Origin: Balamuthia mandrillaris
Taxonomy: Eukaryota
Assembly: GCA_031835245.2 (NCBI GenBank)
Contig: JAVKOQ020000064.1
Coordinates: 1-64,000 of the forward strand
Length of the DNA stretch: 64,000 nt
Direction of reading: 5' to 3'
This document shows, piece after piece, positions 61,171 to 64,000 of the stretch; position 1 is the first letter of the stretch; every line of letters begins with the position of its first letter. The position numbers were made by a program, and so were the translations under genes. The notes below the pieces were generated by a model. It was not told the DNA's origin. It saw only the letters and a program-made list of their open reading frames with translations, and did not search any database.

Positions 61171-63455
61171 CTACAGAGCAACAGAAAGAGTTTAAGTTAC
61201 CTTTCGAACAGCTTGTTAAAGAGCTGGTGAGGATCGGTAAAAGAACGATACGTTGTAATGAACGTATGCAAAAACTTTGTATCTAGGCAAAAGACAGCAA
61301 AAGTAAGAAGAAACATGAACAAGAGATAAGTTGAAAGCAGAGCTATACCGTATTTATCCTCCGAGGTCAACATCTCGACGAGTCTGTTGAGAGAGGCGCT
61401 TCCAATGACTCCCTTATCATCAAAGACTATCTTTGGCGGGATGGCTTGGTCCTCGCATTCTTCCCACAAGTTACAGTCTCCCTCGTAGGTGGAGACAGCT
61501 GAAGGAGAGGAAGACGAGGAAGAAGCCGTGGTGCTGTACTCACCAGAGGAAGAAGGAGACGTTGGGAGGAGTTTGTTGCTTTTGCTGTGCGCTAGGCAGA
61601 TGAACGTCTCCACCACGTCCAATAGCTCCCCAGCAGCGTCCACCAACGCGTTGGCGGTTGCCATCAAGAGGAGGTGATTCTCTGATGCAAGAAGTTGTGA
61701 GGTGAATGAAACGCATGACAAAGACGAACCAAAGAGTAGGAACGAAAGAAGCTTTCCAAACCTTGAACCTTCCATCCGTTGATAACGCCGTTCACGGCTG
61801 TCAGCATCTGCAGGGCCAATATCCTCAGCCCATTGCTCTCAAAGTACACTTTGGTGTGGAGGTTGGCCTCCACCATCTTGCTGCCGGCCGCCGAGCAGAG
61901 CGCCACCTGCACCGAGGCCTCGTCCCAGTCTCCCTTGGTCCTCGCCGCCGTCACCACCGCGATGCAGTCCTTGTAGAGCTTCTCCATCGAAGAGGAGGAG
62001 GAGTTTGAGGCATTGGACGATGAGGAGCTTGCAGAATGCGAAGCAGAGTTTGACGAGCACGAACTCAACTTGGCATGCACGCTCAGCCCAAAGCTGAGGT
62101 AGATAATATCGGTGACGACGGTGTAAAAGTTGCTGACGGTCTCCTCCAAGGGCTGGTCGAAGACGCTGTGGGGGGAGAGGACGTGCTCGTTGGCGGCCAC
62201 GATGAACTCCAACGCAAAGTCTCCCAGGTTGGTGGCCAGGTTCCGGAGCTGCGAGGGAGCTTTCTTGACGTCCACTTTGGAGATAAGGCTCTCCCAAAGG
62301 CTATCCGCAGCAAACGAAGAAGCTGAAGCAGAACCAGAGGAAGAAGGTGAAGAGGAAGAGGAGGAGGAGGAAGAACCGGTTGAGCCAGAAGAGGAGCCAA
62401 GAAAGCTGCCAAGAGAGAAAGAGGTTTTGGCGCGGTTGGCCTGACGACGGGTCATCGTGGTGAGACGCCACTCGCTGAAGGTCTCCATGGCGCTGATACG
62501 ATCCAGCTCCTCTTTGGTCTCTGCCTCGAGGGCGTCTCGCACCATGGTTATGCTTCCGCTGCCGCTGCCTCCTTCCCCAAAGACCGAATGTCTTTTGGTC
62601 AACTGAGAACCAGTGGAGGAAGAAGAAGAGGAGGAGAAAGAAGCAGAACCCGAAAAGGTTGGTGAGGAGGAAGAAGGAGAAGGAGTGGAATCTTTTCTGG
62701 AAATGTTCTGTTTGCGAGGAGAGGGTGTGTCGTTGACGCTGTTGTCGTTTGCTTGGCGAGGGCTGGTCGAGTCCACGCTCTGGCCAATGACGCTGAGCAT
62801 GTTGTTGATCAGCTCTTCTTTCTCTTTCTTGCCATAGTTCCTTTTTAAAACATTGTTTGTCAACATTCAATGTCGGAATGCAAGATAACAACCGTTCTTT
62901 GCAAGGAGGAAGTAAAGGGAAGAGCAAGAAGAAAAAGCAGAAGAAGAAGAAGAAGAAGAAGAAGAAGAAGAAGAAGAAGAAGAAGAAGAAGAAGAAGAAC
63001 AAGAAGAAGAAGAAGAAGAACAAGAAGAAGAACAAGAACAAGAACAAGAAGAAGAAGAAGAAAAAGAAGAATAACAAGAGCAAGAATGTAGAGAGATATA
63101 CCGGAAATCAGGATACTTCTCCTTTAACAACGCAGTGACTTGCTCCGCCGTAGGGTACTGCAGCACTCCTCCCTCCCGTCCTATCTCCATTCCACCGCCT
63201 CTGGCACTGCCTATGCCTATTCCGCTGTCCGACCTCCCGGCGGCAACGCCAATAGCACCGCCACTGCTGTTGCTCCTCAAATCGTCCATGCTGGAAAGGC
63301 TGCCGGAGGGCAGGGAGAAGCGGGTTCCGCTGATGCTTCGCGTGGGCAGTTTTGGAGGTTGGTCGCTCTTGCCGAGGCTTGATCTCCTTGGAATGTGGTC
63401 GCTTGCTGGAGAGGCAGAGGAAGAAGAAGAAGAGGAAGAAGAGGAGGAAGAAGAG

Positions 63456-63493
<38 letters not shown>

Positions 63494-64000
63494 AGAGGAA
63501 GAAGAACCGGTATTGCTTCTTTCTCTTTTTCCCCTTTTTTCTCCGGAGGAGGAGGAAGAGGATGAAGAACCGGAGGAAGAGTCGGAGGGAAGATTCAGCA
63601 CACCGAGACTCTTTCGACTGCTGGTGCGAAGGTTGGATGGGGCAAAGGAACTATTATTGCTACTGGAAGAGCGAGGAGAAGAGGTGGATGAAGAGGAGGA
63701 AGAGCTTTGTTGAAGGAGATGAGCTTGTATGGCCAGCACGCAATTCTTCAAACTTTCTTTTACATCTCTACATAGTAACTCGTGTTTGGTTAGAATTAAA
63801 AAAAAGGAGGAGGAAGAGAAGGAGGAGGGAGAGAAGCAGAAGAGGAATAAAACAAAACAATAGCACAAACCGGAGAGCCACATCCAGTTGCTCCTTTCCT
63901 CTGGCATCCCCATTCAATGCTGCTTTACCGGCAGTGATAACTTGCAGCGAGACCTCCTTCAGGCTGGCCTCCTCCGCATAGAGCTTCATAAACTTGGCTG
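59481..64000 (-). CDS. RasGEF (REM + CDC25), 5' end beyond the window
   Basis: SASLNRLVEMLT, FITTYRSF, IAKQLTLIDF, QPSELLNQSWN, VSFWVATTIL, NNFNTAMGI, PCLPY|LGVYLTDLTFIEDGNP, LYELSLQREPR. Confidence 0.93.

Overview
Gene-dense eukaryotic (protist) genomic DNA with GT-AG spliceosomal introns that are often filled with long pyrimidine-rich microsatellites. The low-complexity poly-S/E/Q proteins, two RasGEFs and the intron style suggest a free-living amoebozoan (Balamuthia/Acanthamoeba-like; inference only). The window opens with (TTAGGG)n in the orientation opposite to a normal left chromosome end. It holds about 20 intact-looking genes: a membrane P-loop ATPase, an FG-GAP receptor, MAO, ABCE1, a dual-specificity phosphatase, F-box-SPRY, a TLC protein, a Gfo/Idh/MocA oxidoreductase, CLASP, a sirtuin fusion, two microproteins, a RhoGAP, F-box/ankyrin, two RasGEFs, a USP4/15-like DUB, a putative transcription factor, DCAF7 and an ALDH21-like enzyme. 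Several disrupted paralogues are also present. The most striking candidate novelty is a class IV (SIRT6/7-like) sirtuin sandwiched between an N-terminal WH2/thymosin-like motif and a C-terminal C-CAP (CARP) beta-helix, i.e. a possible actin-directed deacylase or ADP-ribosyltransferase. Also notable: a family of 69-bp-unit hypervariable LRR / BC-box / Zn-finger genes with all copies disrupted, a talin-F0/F1-RhoGAP-SH3 fusion, and a recurrent TGTCGACA palindrome upstream of genes. Several single-base indels in short homopolymers probably reflect assembly error, so pseudogene calls are hedged. Domain calls come from motif recognition by eye, not database searches.
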